A DNA stretch of 25,944 nt, taken from assembly GCA_020137815.1 (NCBI GenBank), contig WFME01000022.1:1-25944 (forward strand), given 5' to 3'. The stretch comes from Hormiphora californensis (taxonomy: Eukaryota > Animalia > Ctenophora). Position numbers and translations under genes: made by a program. Of the stretch, positions 10,066 to 21,928 are shown in pieces (position 1 is the first letter of the stretch; every line of letters starts with the position of its first letter). The notes beneath the pieces were generated by a model. It was given only the letters and a program-made list of their open reading frames with translations. It was not told the origin of the DNA and made no database searches.

Positions 10066-10924
10066 CAGTCGGACCCCGATTTAGTGGCATCCTCGGGGGG
10101 AAAAAATCCTGCCACTAAATCAGGGTGCCACTAAATCGGGGAGATCCATATTTGGCCCATAAAAATCTATTTTATGCCCAAAATGCTATACTAAGACTAA
10201 AAACACCTCTAACTGTTATATGCAATATTCATGTATTGATGACATGATAATTTCTGATTAGAAATAGAAAACTTTAAAATAATTTTTTCAAAAAAAATGT
10301 GAAAAATTTTCTAAGTTATACCAGCCCGTCCGATTTGTGTTTCGAATCGGTGCAGCTTACTGGATGTCCTGTCTAATTAGCAGGTTCGAAACGAACCGAT
10401 TCGTGATACCATGCCGAATCGGGGCACCCTAAGCGGGTGAGGAAGTATCAAAATTTCAAAATAACTTTTTCTCTCAAAATTTATGGGGAGCACCGATCAA
10501 AGCATTGACAATCGTACTGTAAAAGTTTGCAAAAAATTTTTAAAAGTATACCAGCCACTTCCGAATCGTGTTTCGAATCGGTGCATCTTATCGCATGTCC
10601 TGCTGCTAATTAGACGGTTCGGAACGTGATCCCCATCGAATCGAAATCTTGACTCTTGGTGACCTTGTGATTCAATGGCCCCATGGGGATCACGTATCGG
10701 TTCGTTCCGAACCGTCTAATTAGCAGCAGGATATGCGATAAGATTCACTGATTCGAAACACGATTTGGACGTGGCTGGTATTCCTTTGAAAAATTTTCAA
10801 AAAAATTTCAAAAAAAATTTCAAAAAAAATTCACAAAAAAATTCAAAAAATTTTTGGGGGAAAAAATCGTGCCACTAAATCGGGGTGCCACTAAATCGGG
10901 GGCCACTAAATCGGGGTCCGACTG
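10066..10924. mobile_element. MITE family A, long variant (859 bp)
   Basis: Same CAGTCGGACCCCGATTTAG TIRs and TA TSD; interior has a ~100-bp unit twice in direct (~10317, ~10547) and once in inverted (~10683-10781) orientation. Confidence 0.9.
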
Positions 10925-10971
10925 TATAAGTCATTGTACAATTTGTTGTGAAATTTCCCATTAGTATTGTA

Positions 10972-11048
10972 CAGTCGGACCCCGATTTAGGGCCCCCCGA
11001 TTTAGTGGCACCCCGATTTAGGGACAGGATTTTTCCCCCCGATTTTTG
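10972..11048. mobile_element. MITE family A, one-ended fragment
   Basis: TA|CAGTCGGACCCCG..., near-identical to 2739-2811; no right TIR. Confidence 0.8.
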
Positions 11049-11847
11049 TAATACAGCAACTGTAGATTAAACCCTACTACCTTAGTACTTTCACTTACTG
11101 TTCACCAACCTTAGAGTAATCACAAGTTGATCGACTGGTCTGAGTGATCCTTGCCTTGCTCGTAACTTTGGTTTCAAATGTTCCTCACAGACAAGTAAAA
11201 TATCCTGAAACTCTTCTTTGTATAACCCAGTAGCTGTCCTGAGATTGCATACATGTGATTAGTCATTAGCACTGCAATATCCCTTGTTGTTCGTCGGGGC
11301 ACAGGGGGCTACAAGAAATAGTTGATGCCATTCCCAATAAAAAGGGATGTCTGTGGCGGGTGGCGACTGGCCTTACCGAAACTGCTCTCCATGGTAAATA
11401 TTGAAAAGTTCATCTGTTTGCTTTTGTATCGTCTCATTATTTTGGCGAGTTCGGTACAGTCTACAAACAGGTGCTCTGCAAGAATGAATTATAAAATTAT
11501 TAGAAAACTATTTTAATTGGAACATTGTGCGGTACTGGGAGTTAAAAAAATACGTACCTTCTCTCAGCTCGAAGGCCAACGTGGCTCCAAAATAATATTT
11601 TAGCTCTTGATTCAGCTTCCTGACTTGCATCTTCTAACGTGCTTGTCATTGGCTTGCTACAAGAGTTTGGGAAAGGTCAGTTTTGTTTGGCAAGCGTGAT
11701 TATAACCTGGGTGCCTCGACGCCTAGTAACAAGCGATTGGCGCACAAAACAAATCTGTGGACGAGAAGGGGCAGTGACTACTTCAAAAAATAGTATCTTA
11801 AAGAGGCGTACAAAGTCCTTTTTTCAACTGTTCACTCCCATTCACTC

Positions 11848-11899
11848 CGACGTCGTATTTGAGCGTCCGACGTCGTATTTGAGCGTCGTATTTGAGCGT
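11848..11899. repeat. Short tandem repeat CGTCGTATTTGAG x3
   Basis: Seen directly upstream of the Harbinger ATG. Confidence 0.6.
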
Positions 11900-12276
11900 G
11901 AGTCACACCACAGCAAAAAAAGTAAAAACCGCGTATCACCGGAAAGACCACAGATTTCTGAGCCCGCGAAAATTTGGTTTTGGTCTTAGGAGTAATTGAG
12001 AAACAAAGTTGAGAACAAGTTTTTGACTCTAAAATAAAAATAGCACGCCACCAGGGGCAGGGGGCTGCAGTCTGCACAACTCACCACTCTTGGTTTCTGT
12101 TTTTAAAAATTTTCTCAGTTTCGGAACTTAAAAAATGTGCAAAATTTATAATAAAAGAGTAATAAAAAAAGCCACATGCATCTGGCCTAACAATGTCAAT
12201 AATAGTATATATAAATTGTTTTTGCCTGACTGGCTACACGAAGAAAATCACATAAAATACATGCAACAGTTAAAGA

Positions 12277-13667
12277 CTAGTATGTATGGTACAGATCTGA
12301 TGAAGAGCCATCATTCTTGTTCCTTCCTCTGTAACCCCGAATAGAACAAGTTATGGAGCGGACCATTGAAAATGATAGACGAACACGGAGGTATCGAATA
12401 CACTCCTGGTAGGTATAGCCAGTTTTCCGCGATTTCTTGGTTGCGAGTTGCTTCAGAGTTCTGCTGAACTCTTGACCAAGTCCACCGGTCGTTGACATAA
12501 CGAGGGGAGTAAAAGAAGCTTTTTCCACCTCGAGAATGCGATGTAGATAGTTCTTCTTCTTCCCTTCCTCGTGCTTGATATACGTTTGAGGGATATCCTG
12601 AGTCTCATTAGACTGTGCCCTTGGGTTAAAAACCCTTACGTCAAAATAGGTGCAGTCCATTGGTCCCCAGAATCCCCTCGTTCGAATGTCAAGGCGCGCT
12701 CCATCCTCTGTAATGGTCCCAGGTGGTAGTTTTGCTCCTCTAACTTCCAGTAGGTGGGGTTCAGCCTTAGTGTCGTAGCACACTTTGTCCAGCTCCGCAG
12801 TTAGAAAGTCTCGAACGCAATCGTGTCTGACCGCAACAAATCCCCCGCGTTTGCATGACATGGAGTGATCGTTGCTGTTTTCCTCCCCACAAACGCACTG
12901 TGTTGCTCTCGGCTGTCCCACTAGTGGGAGATCGTATCGTGCTGAGATTGAATCAAAGAACTCCTGGCGATTGAGTGTGAGCTTCAATGACTCTAGGGGT
13001 AGACAAGTGAGCCATGTTGATGCCCCTTTCTCGCTGAGTAGATCAAGGTTCCTCGCCTCTCTTGGCTTGATTGACTGAACGATTTTTTCCCTGCATTCCT
13101 TGTGGTAATTAGCTTTGCCAGTTTTGATGCTGAGGGCTATGGCTTTCTCAGTCTCAGGATTCGGTATATATTCTACGTCTTGTTTCTGGATGGCCTTCTG
13201 AAGTTCTTCTGTCGCTTTCAGCAAGTTCTGGTACTCCAGGTCAGCCATGTGACAGGGGTTTTCGACACCCAGCCCTCCCATTCTCGTAGGAAGTGCCATT
13301 ATGGATCGTAGCGTATCAGGAATGAATGGTTGTCCTGTGATAGTCGGGAGGAATTTCTCTCTGATTGCCTTCTCGATGGGCTCTAGTTCTGTAGCGATCC
13401 CTGGTGTTGTCCGCAGCAAGTAGTTCCACTTCTTACTCAACCCGATTGTGTAGGCTGAATAGGCTAGTTGGGGTTCGTTGCAGGCAATGTCGCTCAGTTG
13501 TTCTATCTCCTCGACCCATGTCTTAACTTCATTCTTCACCCACTCCTTCATTCCATCATCGCTCCCAATGAAGGAACCCAGGTAACGGTGACCAACAGTT
13601 GTTATGTTGACATCTGGAAACAGTTCCTTGGCTCTTTCCTCCTTGTCTTCTTTCACAATCAGCCAAC
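12277..13667 (-). mobile_element. CRE-clade non-LTR retrotransposon, 3' part (RT thumb, CCHC-type finger, restriction-like endonuclease)
   Basis: WLIVK...HRYLGSFIG...ALPTRMGGLG...CVCG..DHSMSC..GG...RHD..RD...RLDI...FDVRV...K...Y...FTPLVMSTTGGLG; open to the stop. Confidence 0.9.
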
Positions 13668-16589
13668 GCAAGGAGCTTAAGTCCAGCAGGTGATACAGGC
13701 TGGAAACTCGGTCTTATAAGAGACTATGTTACGCAAGAGAAAACTCCCATAGTAGCCATTGCAGTAACTGAGACTTGGTTTAAGGGTTATCATTCTGATG
13801 CTCAGGTTCAGATACCAGGGTATGACGTATATAGAAGTGATAGAGAAAACCGAGTTGGCGGAGGCTGTGCCTTATATGTTCAATGTTCGCTGGCTGTTTC
13901 TGACAGTATATATTTTGCGAGTGCGAATAACAATATGTGTGCTGTCTATGTTGAACAAATAAACACTATTTATGCTGCTGTGTATCGCTCCGAGTCAAGT
14001 GTGTTAGACTTTCAAAAGCTGATGGACAATTTACAGACTTTTATAGATAAACACAGTGATGGACGATTATCAGAGGTCGTAATTTCTGGGGATTTTAACC
14101 TTCCTCTTTTTCAGTGGTCTGATGGTTCGTCTGTCCCGGTTGATCAGCCTAACTACAATGTTGTTGCTGATTTCATGGACGCAAACTTTCTATCCCAAGT
14201 TGTTGAGGGCCCTACAAGAGGCAACAACACGCTAGACCTTGTGTTTACCAACCGTCCAGAATATTTCAGCGATATTGTTATTACGGATGGGGGTATCTCG
14301 GACCATTCCTGGGTATCATGTGAACTATCTTTCAACCCTCTCGGTCCTAAAAGTTTATTTCTTCCCAGTACACTTGAGGGTTATCGTCAATTGGATCTTC
14401 AGTCGGCTGACTTCACTAGTATTGATGCGGAACTAGCGGCTACTGATTGGGATCGAATGTTGACGGAATGTGAAGAACTGGGAGACGAGGATGGTTCCCT
14501 TTTTGTGGAGGCCATGCGTGACAAAGTGTTCAAAGTTGTAAAGTCACACTGTCGGTTGAAGAAAATCAGGAAAGAGTTTGTGGACAAAGAACTGAAACAC
14601 TTAACCAGCAGGAGACGGAAATTGGTTAAACGAAAGGACGATTCAAACAAATGGAAATCACTGATGGACTGTATTATTGGAAGGATAAAGGACCATTTGA
14701 TATCAAGGGACAAGAAGGCAGAGAGGAAGGCTGTCGACGTAATTAAAGAAAACCCGAAGTACTTTTATTCACACGTCAAGAGGAAATCAAAGGTCAAATC
14801 TTCAGTTGCACCCCTTGAGCGTGAAGATGGTTCACTAACTGTGGATCCTCAAGAGAAGGCTGGATTACTCCAACACCAGTTTTCCAGCGTTTTTAGCGAC
14901 CCTTCCGCTATCGACCCCGCAGAGGCAGCTGGTAACGTGGAGGACCTTGGGGAGATCCTGACAAGTTTGGAGTTTTCCCAGGAATGTATCCAGACTGGCT
15001 TGAAGGAACTTAAGCCATTCTCAGCATCCCCTCCTGACTGCATTCCTTCTTTTGTTCTGAAACAGTGCAGCAGCAGCCTGGCATACCCGATTTGGATGTT
15101 GTGGAACAGGTCATTTGAAGACGGATCTGTCCCTAGTTGCTTAAAGCAACAGTTCATAACACCATTATTCAAGAAGGGGGCTAAATCGAAACCTGTGAAC
15201 TATCGCCCAGTGTCTATAACAAGTCACCTGTCTAAAGTGTTTGAGCGGCTGGTGAGGAAACGGATCAGTGACTACTTGGACGAGATGGAGTTGCAGAGTG
15301 ACACTCAGCATGGGTTTAGGAAGGGGCGCAGTACCATGACACAGCTACTAACCCATGTTGACATCATCCTATCTGATCTATGCGGTGATCAGGAAGTTGA
15401 TGCTATCTACTTAGATTTTAGTAAAGCATTTGATTCCGTGGATATCAATGTTCTGCTAGCTAAATTGAGGCGATATGGTATTGGAGGTCAACTCCTTCAG
15501 TGGATCAGTGCGTGGATCCTGGGCAGGAATCAGTGTGTAATGGTGGATGGAGTGAGGTCACCCTGGGCCGAGGTACTTAGTGGGGTTGCCCAGGGTAGTG
15601 TGCTCGGACCACTTCTTTTCCTCATATATATTCTTGATCTGGAGTCAGTGCTAGACGGTAGCATGTGTCTAACTTTTGCTGACGATACTAAGTTGGTAAA
15701 AGCTATTTCGGATATGACTAGCCAGGCGTGCCTACAGAACGATCTTTTAAGAGTGGCAGAATGGGCAAAGAAGAACAATATGAAGTTACATGAGGATAAA
15801 TTTCAGCTCTTGAGCTATAGTCTGAATAAGTCTGCTATCCTCAGACAGTTTCCTTTCGCAGCTGAAGTGTTTACATATACTACAAGCTCAGGTGTGCAGT
15901 TGACCCCCGAACCTGATGTTCGTGATCTGGGTGTCCAGATGTCTGCAGATGGGTCATGGACGAGGCACATTTCTATCATAGTGCGGAAGGCTTCCCTCTT
16001 GAGTGGCTGGATATTCAGCGTTTTTCGGGACCGTTCTCCGGAGGTTATGGTACAGCTTTTCAAGTCCTTGGTCAGGCCTATTCTTGAGTACTGTTGCCTA
16101 GTCTGGAACCCTTCCAAGGCTGGTGATATCAAGGCTATTGAGAATGTCCAACGTTGTTTCACCAGACGTCTTGATGGTATGCAGGGTCATGACTATTGGG
16201 ATAGACTGAAATTGCTCAATCTTATGTCCCTTCAGCGTCGGAGACAGCGCTACATTCTGATTCATGTGTGGAAGACGATTCATGGTTTTGTACCTAACTC
16301 TGCCAACCTAGTATTTCAACAGCACGCTAGACTGGGTATGCGGATAGTCCCACCACCTTACCCCTATAGAGCAGAAACGAAACGAGCTAATCAATTTCAC
16401 TGCTCATTTGGTCCAAGAGCAGCTCATTTATGGAACACTCTACCAGCTGCTGTCAATTCTTGTGTGAGCTTGAATCAGTTCAAATCATCATTGGGCAATT
16501 ACTTGACAGGATTTCACGATCGTCCTCCAGTCAGAGGGTACCCGCCACTTCCAAATGACCTTTCGCCTCAATGTGCTGTGCTGTGCTGA
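13665..16589 (+). CDS. CR1/L2-group LINE ORF2 (APE endonuclease + reverse transcriptase), uninterrupted, truncated at EN motif I
   Basis: Frame is open from AAC GCA AGG AGC TTA (NARSL) via VTETWF, YRSDR...GGG, GDFN, TRGNNTLDL, SDH, NYRPVSIT, QHGFRKGRS, YLDFSKAFD, GVAQGSVLGP, FADD. Confidence 0.93.
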   Translation, partial: NARSLSPAGDTGWKLGLIRDYVTQEKTPIVAIAVTETWFKGYHSDAQVQIPGYDVYRSDRENRVGGGCALYVQCSLAVSDSIYFASANNNMCAVYVEQINTIYAAVYRSESSVLDFQKLMDNLQTFIDKHSDGRLSEVVISGDFNLPLFQWSDGSSVPVDQPNYNVVADFMDANFLSQVVEGPTRGNNTLDLVFTNRPEYFSDIVITDGGISDHSWVSCELSFNPLGPKSLFLPSTLEGYRQLDLQSADFTSIDAELAATDWDRMLTECEELGDEDGSLFVEAMRDKVFKVVKSHCRLKKIRKEFVDKELKHLTSRRRKLVKRKDDSNKWKSLMDCIIGRIKDHLISRDKKAERKAVDVIKENPKYFYSHVKRKSKVKSSVAPLEREDGSLTVDPQEKAGLLQHQFSSVFSDPSAIDPAEAAGNVEDLGEILTSLEFSQECIQTGLKELKPFSASPPDCIPSFVLKQCSSSLAYPIWMLWNRSFEDGSVPSCLKQQFITPLFKKGAKSKPVNYRPVSITSHLSKVFERLVRKRISDYLDEMELQSDTQHGFRKGRSTMTQLLTHVDIILSDLCGDQEVDAIYLDFSKAFDSVDINVLLAKLRRYGIGGQLLQWISAWILGRNQCVMVDGVRSPWAEVLSGVAQGSVLGPLLFLIYILDLESVLDGSMCLTFADDTKLVKAISDMTSQACLQNDLLRVAEWAKKNNMKLHEDKFQLLSYSLNKSAILRQFPFAAEVFTYTTSSGVQLTPEPDVRDLGVQMSADGSWTRHISIIVRKASLLSGWIFSVFRDRSPEVMVQLFKSLVRPILEYCCLVWNPSKAGDIKAIENVQRCFTRRLDGMQGHDYWDRLKLLNLMSLQRRRQRYILIHVWKTIHGFVPNSANLVFQQHARLGMRIVPPPYPYRAETKRANQFHCSFGPRAAHLWNTLPAAVNSCVSLNQFKSSLGNYLTGFHDRPPVRGYPPLPNDLSPQCAVLC

Positions 16590-16703
16590 TGAGTGTGAGT
16601 GTGAAGGGATAGTTTTTCAACTTGATTTTATTTAGGTGGACCCATTCAGGGAAGGCCTGTTTCTTTATAAATAAAACTTTAATTGTAAACTTGTAAACTT
16701 GTA
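13668..16703 (+). mobile_element. Young 5'-truncated CR1/L2-group LINE inserted antisense into the CRE element
   Basis: ORF above, short 3' UTR, AATAAA and (TTGTAAAC)3 tail; AAC at both junctions; removing it restores CRE ...PLKSWLIVK. Confidence 0.92.
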
Positions 16704-17660
16704 AACTTTTCAAAGGCTCAGGGTAGTATCCAAAGCTTGGACCCTTCTCTTTCACCTTGCTCCACCACTTCTCGATAATGGCTAGAGTGCCTCCGCCACC
16801 TGCATCATCTGCATAGAGGATCTGAAAGAGTTCATCATCTAAAGAATTTTCAATGTTACGGAGAGAATTAGCTAATGGCATAAGGCCACATGCATACATG
16901 GGCATGGCAGTGGTATCACCCTGTGTTGTTCCTTCTTTTGATAGTAGGGTGTCATGTGAATTTCCATCAGATATGAATAGTTTGGCTGGCAAGCCGTAAG
17001 TGTTAGATAAATACATGCTAAAATCACGACATAAATAATCAATATTGCTTAGAGCTATCTTTCGGTTTAAAGAATTAAAGGCATTGGACGCATCAATTAA
17101 CAGTATACATTCACATTTATCATCATTAAATTTTTCTCTTAAAGCATGCACTGCAGCTTCAACACCACTCTTCAGTCCCCCACACAGTTGTATTGGGGCT
17201 GTTGCCTCTATATGTCAGGTTTTAGGACCGTTACAACAACTTTCCCCACGAGCCTTCGAATCACTTCACCCACACCGATCGGCCTGATACCTGCTGGCTT
17301 TTTCGATAAGGGAATCAGTCTGCTAGCAACGAATGCTTCAAGGTAAATGGGATCAGTTTTTTCAGTTGCCAGTTTGGTTGCACAGGTGGCAATCGCCCGT
17401 GCTAGATCATACGATTTGGGTTTGAACTTCTTGCACAGCAGAATGTGTTTCCAGAGTCCAGCGTCAGCTCCAGACGGACCACCTGATCCCGTAAGGTGTT
17501 TGGCAGCACGGAGCACTGATTCAGGGGTAATACTGGAGAAAATCACGTCGTTGGTGGGCAGCACAGGGCCATGAAGGAAGTAAGTTGAATCAGCCGGCTC
17601 AGGGTGTTTAAGTTTGAGCTGATTGACAACTGCCGAGGTGATAGGAACCGGTGCTACTCC
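16704..17660 (-). mobile_element. CRE-clade element, RT part (5'-truncated, one frameshift near 17210)
   Basis: SGGPSG, RLIPLSK, GIRPIGVGEVIRRL, QLCGGLKSGVEAAVH, LLIDASNAFNSLNR, EGTTQGD, YADD, GPSFGYYP. Confidence 0.9.
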
Positions 17661-17664
17661 ACAT

Positions 17665-18130
17665 GCAGAGTTTTTGATAGCTCGGAGTTCAGTTTTAAAA
17701 ATTCGGACTGATTCAAGCTATGATTTTCGTCCGAGCGAAAAAGACCCTGCGCGCGTGCGCGGCGTAAACTTTGGTTTTGCGCGTTACCCAGATTTAACGC
17801 CGCGCGGCCCAGAACTGAGTTTTTATTTTTTAGCTCACGAGCGCAGCTGTGAATTCACATTTTTTTTTCGTCTCAGGGAAAATTGAAAAGCGCTTCACTA
17901 AAGTCCGTTTCAAGCGACTTGACCCGTAATTCTTGGAATTTGGCGCATTGCGCGTGTATTTACAAAGGGGAAATCCTGAATTTCCAGGAATCTCAGGTCA
18001 AGTCGTTTGCCAAGGACGTCCGTCGCGTAGTGTATACCAGGAGTGGTGAATTATTGAGCCATTCTTATGAGGAGGCTCGCCCACCAATCACAGCTTAGAA
18101 CGGCTCTTGCGATCCGCGCGTTTCTCCCCT
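17665..18130. repeat. CpG-rich unclassified segment, probably a transposon end or internal region
   Basis: Many GCGCG motifs and a CCAAT box between two LINEs; no termini identified. Confidence 0.25.
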
Positions 18131-18133
18131 TAT

Positions 18134-19958
18134 CTTGATAAACTTGATAAACTTGATAAATAAACTTCATTACAGAATCGTAAACGGTGTCAGTCTTTCA
18201 GCATCCCCCTTTTGCTCGAACCTCCAAAACCCAGTCCATGATAGAATTGTTGTTCCGGGTAGAATAACCCTTCACAGGTGGATTGTCAGGGAAGTGGTCC
18301 AGCCAACGGCCCAGCAGGATCTTGAACGTGTCTAAGGTCACTGCTGTATTAACCTCTTTCGGTAATGTGTTCCATAACCGAGCGGCCCTCACAGTAAAGG
18401 AGTGGAAGTATTTTGTTGAGAATGATTTCTGTGCTCCACTGTATAGGGTAGGTACCTCAGCTCGGATGCCGAGCCGTTGATGATGGTAAAACCGGGTATT
18501 CGTGCTGTTTGGTGCTGCACCATTATAGATTTTCCACATTTGTATTATCGTATATCGCTCCCTGCGACGTTGCAATGACATCAGTCTTAACATTTTTAGC
18601 CTTTCCCAATAGTCAAACTGTGCCATGTTATCGATCCTTCTGGTGAACTGTCTCTGGATACTTTCCAGAGCTTGAATGTCCCTAATCTTGTAGGGGGACC
18701 AGAGGGGAGAACAGTATTCTACTTTGCACCTTATGAGTGACTTGTAGAGTGTCAGCATAGTGGTGACTGATCTGTCCTTAAACGCTCTCAGTGCCCAGGC
18801 AGCCATCCTTCGTGCTTCTGAAGAAATCCTCATGACATGGTCTGTCCAAGAGCCACTGTTTGAGAGAATGATGCCAAGGTCTTTCACAGTATCCGCTGGT
18901 TGTATTTCATTGCCGGCTGGTGTCTCGTAAGAGCTGAACTCATGAGTGAACGGCAGTTCCCGTAGAAGGAATGTTTTATTCAGGGTGTAGTGAATGACTT
19001 CAAACTTGTCCTCGTGGAGTGTCATACAATTTGCTGCCGACCATTCCACCACCCGCTGAAGATCCTCTTGCATTTCTGCCCCTGATGTTTCCGAGTTGAC
19101 GCTCTTTTGGAGTTTTGTATCATCCGCAAATGTTCTGATTTTACTGTGTATCACTTGGCTTTGGAGATCAGCTACGTAGATGATAAAAAGGATTGGTCCA
19201 AGTACAGTCCCTTGAGGGACCCCGCTTTTAACTAGCTCAAAGTTCGATTTTTCACCGTCGACAGTAACTGTTTGGTACCGACCAGTAAGGAAGTCTTTTA
19301 TTCACCTTAGTACTTTCCCTCTAATGCCTAGCTTTTCTAGCTTGGCGATGAGAATGGTATGGTTGACACGGTCGAAGGCTTTTGAATAGTCCAAATAAAT
19401 AACATCAACTTCGTTCCCGCTGTTTAGCTCTCGAAAAATTCTATCCATGTGATCGAGTAGCTGTGTGAGGCAGCTCCGTTGCTTCCTGAATCCGTGTTGG
19501 CTATCTGGTATGAGGTTATTACTTTCCAGGTGTTCCACCAACTTGTTTCGTACAACTCGCTCAAATGTTTTCAGCAAGTTAGAAGTCAACGAGACAGGGC
19601 GGTAGTTAACAGCAAGAGTTTTATCACCACGTTTGAAGATTGGCGTGATGTACTGTTTTTTCAGGTTAGGGGGTGTTATTCCTTCTTCAAAAGACCGCTC
19701 CCAAAGAAGAAAGAGTGGAACAGCAAGAGTAGTTTTACAAGCACTGAGAATTTTAGCAGGGATGTCACCATCTGGTCCGGCAGAGGAAGGGTCAAGTTCT
19801 GAGAGGGCATCTTTGATATCCGCTGACGTAAATGTGAAATCCTCTAGAATCGCATTGGTATCCTCAACCCAAGAGAGACTTTTCAGCAAGTCTCCGCCGT
19901 CTGGATCACTGAAAGCCCGGCAGTACTGTTTTTGCAGGAGTTCCGCTTTTTCAGTTGT
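18134..19958 (-). mobile_element. Second CR1/L2-group LINE, 5'-truncated (RT only), one premature TGA
   Basis: ORFs 19302-19889 and 18198-19154 are one frame joined at KVLR*IKDFL (TGG->TGA); NYRPVSLT, LDYSKAFD, GVPQGTVLGP, FADD; (TTTATCAAG)3 tail. Confidence 0.92.
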
Positions 19959-20004
19959 TAATTAAAGAGAAACAACGATTTTGCAGTACTAATATTCAAT
20001 TAAG

Positions 20005-20048
20005 AACAGGAGCTTTCGACTGATCTATGTCAGACGTCTTCAGCTATA
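20005..20048 (-). ncRNA. Minimal type I hammerhead ribozyme (Penelope pLTR-like segment ~19960-20173)
   Basis: ATAG-CTGAAGA-C-GTCTGA(CATAGA)TCAGTC-GAAA-GC-TC|CTGT: helix I ATAG/CTGT, helix II with one U-U mismatch, palindromic AGCT helix III; predicted cut between 20010 and 20009. Confidence 0.7.
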
Positions 20049-20174
20049 ACAACAATGAAAATGAAAGTGTTTATGTAGTGGAGAAGAGGATATGGGATCC
20101 GGGGAGGGGAGAGGAAGGGATGAGATCCGAGAAGGAAGATGCGATCCGAGAGGAGGGGATGGGGGAGGTTTTCA

Positions 20175-21043
20175 GTTGTTGTTGTTTGTGCCTCCCACTT
20201 CCAATCCCACAGCTGCTTCATGGTCCAGCGTGACCAGATCATCTACCCGAAGGTGAGATCAAGATTCATAGATATGTATCCCAGATCGGTCAGCTTTCGT
20301 TTCCTGAGGTCACAACACCAGGTAAGGTGTCGTTTCCCCAGGAGGCGGAGCTTCCTTCTCCATGACCTCTGGATCATAAAGCATGTTGCTGTAGTTTTGC
20401 ACCTGTACTTTATTGTACAGGTCTTGGGTTTCACTCATAACTGGGGTTCCCTTTATAAGAGATGTAGCTTTGGACAGGATGAAAGCTGCCTTTTGACAGA
20501 GGTTACTTTCATTTTTGCGTACTTACCCTCTGGTTTAACGAACCAGTACATCCCGTTTGGGTTAACGGGCAGGGGTTTTGGCCCCTGTGGGTATTACGTC
20601 CCCTCCGATCTTGCTGTGTTGGTTGAGCACCTTTCCTCCCCATCTTAGCGGAATCGGTTGCTTCTGTTTATTAGTTTTGTGAGTTTGTTTAGGTTAAGTG
20701 TCTCGTTTCGAATTTGTATAATTCTTCGCTTATTGTGACTCACAATAAGAGGTGTCCGAGTTTATGTTTTGCCTCGTCTAGGTCCGGGCAAAACATGAGG
20801 ACATGTTCTGAGTTCTCTTTTACCTTACGGTGTGCAATTTGGTCGATTTTGTTGTCGTTGATTTGTTGGGCTGATGCCAGATTGTTTTGTCCTGATATGG
20901 CTTGTGTTAGTTGTCTTAGGCTTTTTGTCTTTAAACTTTATCATGTTGTACTGTTTGTATAGTTTTGGTAGTACTGCTGTAGTGAAAACGTTATACTTTT
21001 TCGTTTGTATTTCTTTGATGATCGTTTTATTTAAGTGTATCGA
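20175..21043 (-). mobile_element. 3' fragment of a non-LTR retrotransposon (I-group-like CCHC knuckle, structured 3' UTR, (CAA)n tail)
   Basis: HIRTK...PNCTPCKVKENSEHVLMFCP (CX2CX7HX4C; intact in the second copy), hairpins such as CCTGTAC-AATAAA-GTACAGG, and CAAACAACAACAAC at 20188-20175. Confidence 0.6.
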
Positions 21044-21052
21044 CCAAGATAA

Positions 21053-21928
21053 TACCCTCCGTCCCTTCTAAATACCCTCAAAGACCGCTATATACCCCTA
21101 ATAATATACTCGATGCCACTCAGACCGTTCTAGATACCCCTCAGACCCTACTAGATACCTCCAGAGCCAAGAGTCGGCTACAAGATACCACTCAGACTTT
21201 ACTAGATACCCCTCCGACCCTTCTAGATACCATTAGAGCCCGCTAGATATCCCTCAGAATGCCACTGAGACTCAACTGGATATCCCTCAGACTGCACTAA
21301 ATACCCCAAGACCCTTCTAGATACGCCTTAGACCGAATCTTTGCTCTGGACTCTGGAGGTATTGAGTAGGGTCTGAGGGGCATCTCGCACGGTTTGAGTG
21401 ACATCAAGTAGATTCTGAGGGGTATCTAGCACGGTCGGAGGGGTATCTAGTTGAGTCTCAGCGTTATCTTTTAGTCGACTCTTGGCTCTGGAGGTGTCTA
21501 GTGGGCTTTGATGGTATCTATAAGGATCGGAGTCGATTCTGAGGGTTATATAGCGGTCTTTGAGGGTATCTAGAAGGGTCGGAGGGGTATCTAGTCGATT
21601 CTGAGGGCTATATAGCGGTCTTTGGGGGTATCTAGAAGGGTCTTTGGGGTATCTAGCACGGTCTGAGTGGAATCTAGTATATTAGTAGGGGTATATAGCG
21701 GTCTTTGAGGGTATTTAGAAGGGACGGAGGGGTATCTAGTCGATTCTGAGGGCTATATAGCGGTCTTTGGGGGTATCTAGAAGGATCGGAGAGGTATCAA
21801 GTCGATTCTGAGGGCTATATAGTGGGCTCTGAGGGTATTTAGAAGGGTCTAAGAGGTATCTAAGAAGTTCTGATGGAGTTTTATGAAAGTTTAAGGGGGT
21901 ATTTAAGTGGAATTTAGAGTGTATCTAG
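21053..21928. repeat. Foldback minisatellite: ~22-bp unit (CCCTCAGACCCTTCTAGATACC) in two opposed arrays
   Basis: Forward array ~21053-21335, inverted array ~21350-21928; 21053-21110 closely matches the reverse complement of ~21677-21734. Confidence 0.85.

Noticed and set aside
16586-16610. Other CTGANGA matches (also 12298, 23783)
   Set aside because: No helix II plus GAAA downstream.
19302-19304. In-frame TGA as recoding or selenocysteine
   Set aside because: It sits at a conserved Trp in a truncated copy (the other LINE has LLQWI); simple G->A nonsense change.
12872-19965. Many antisense or overlapping 60-115 aa ORFs
   Set aside because: Shadows of the LINE/CRE coding strands.
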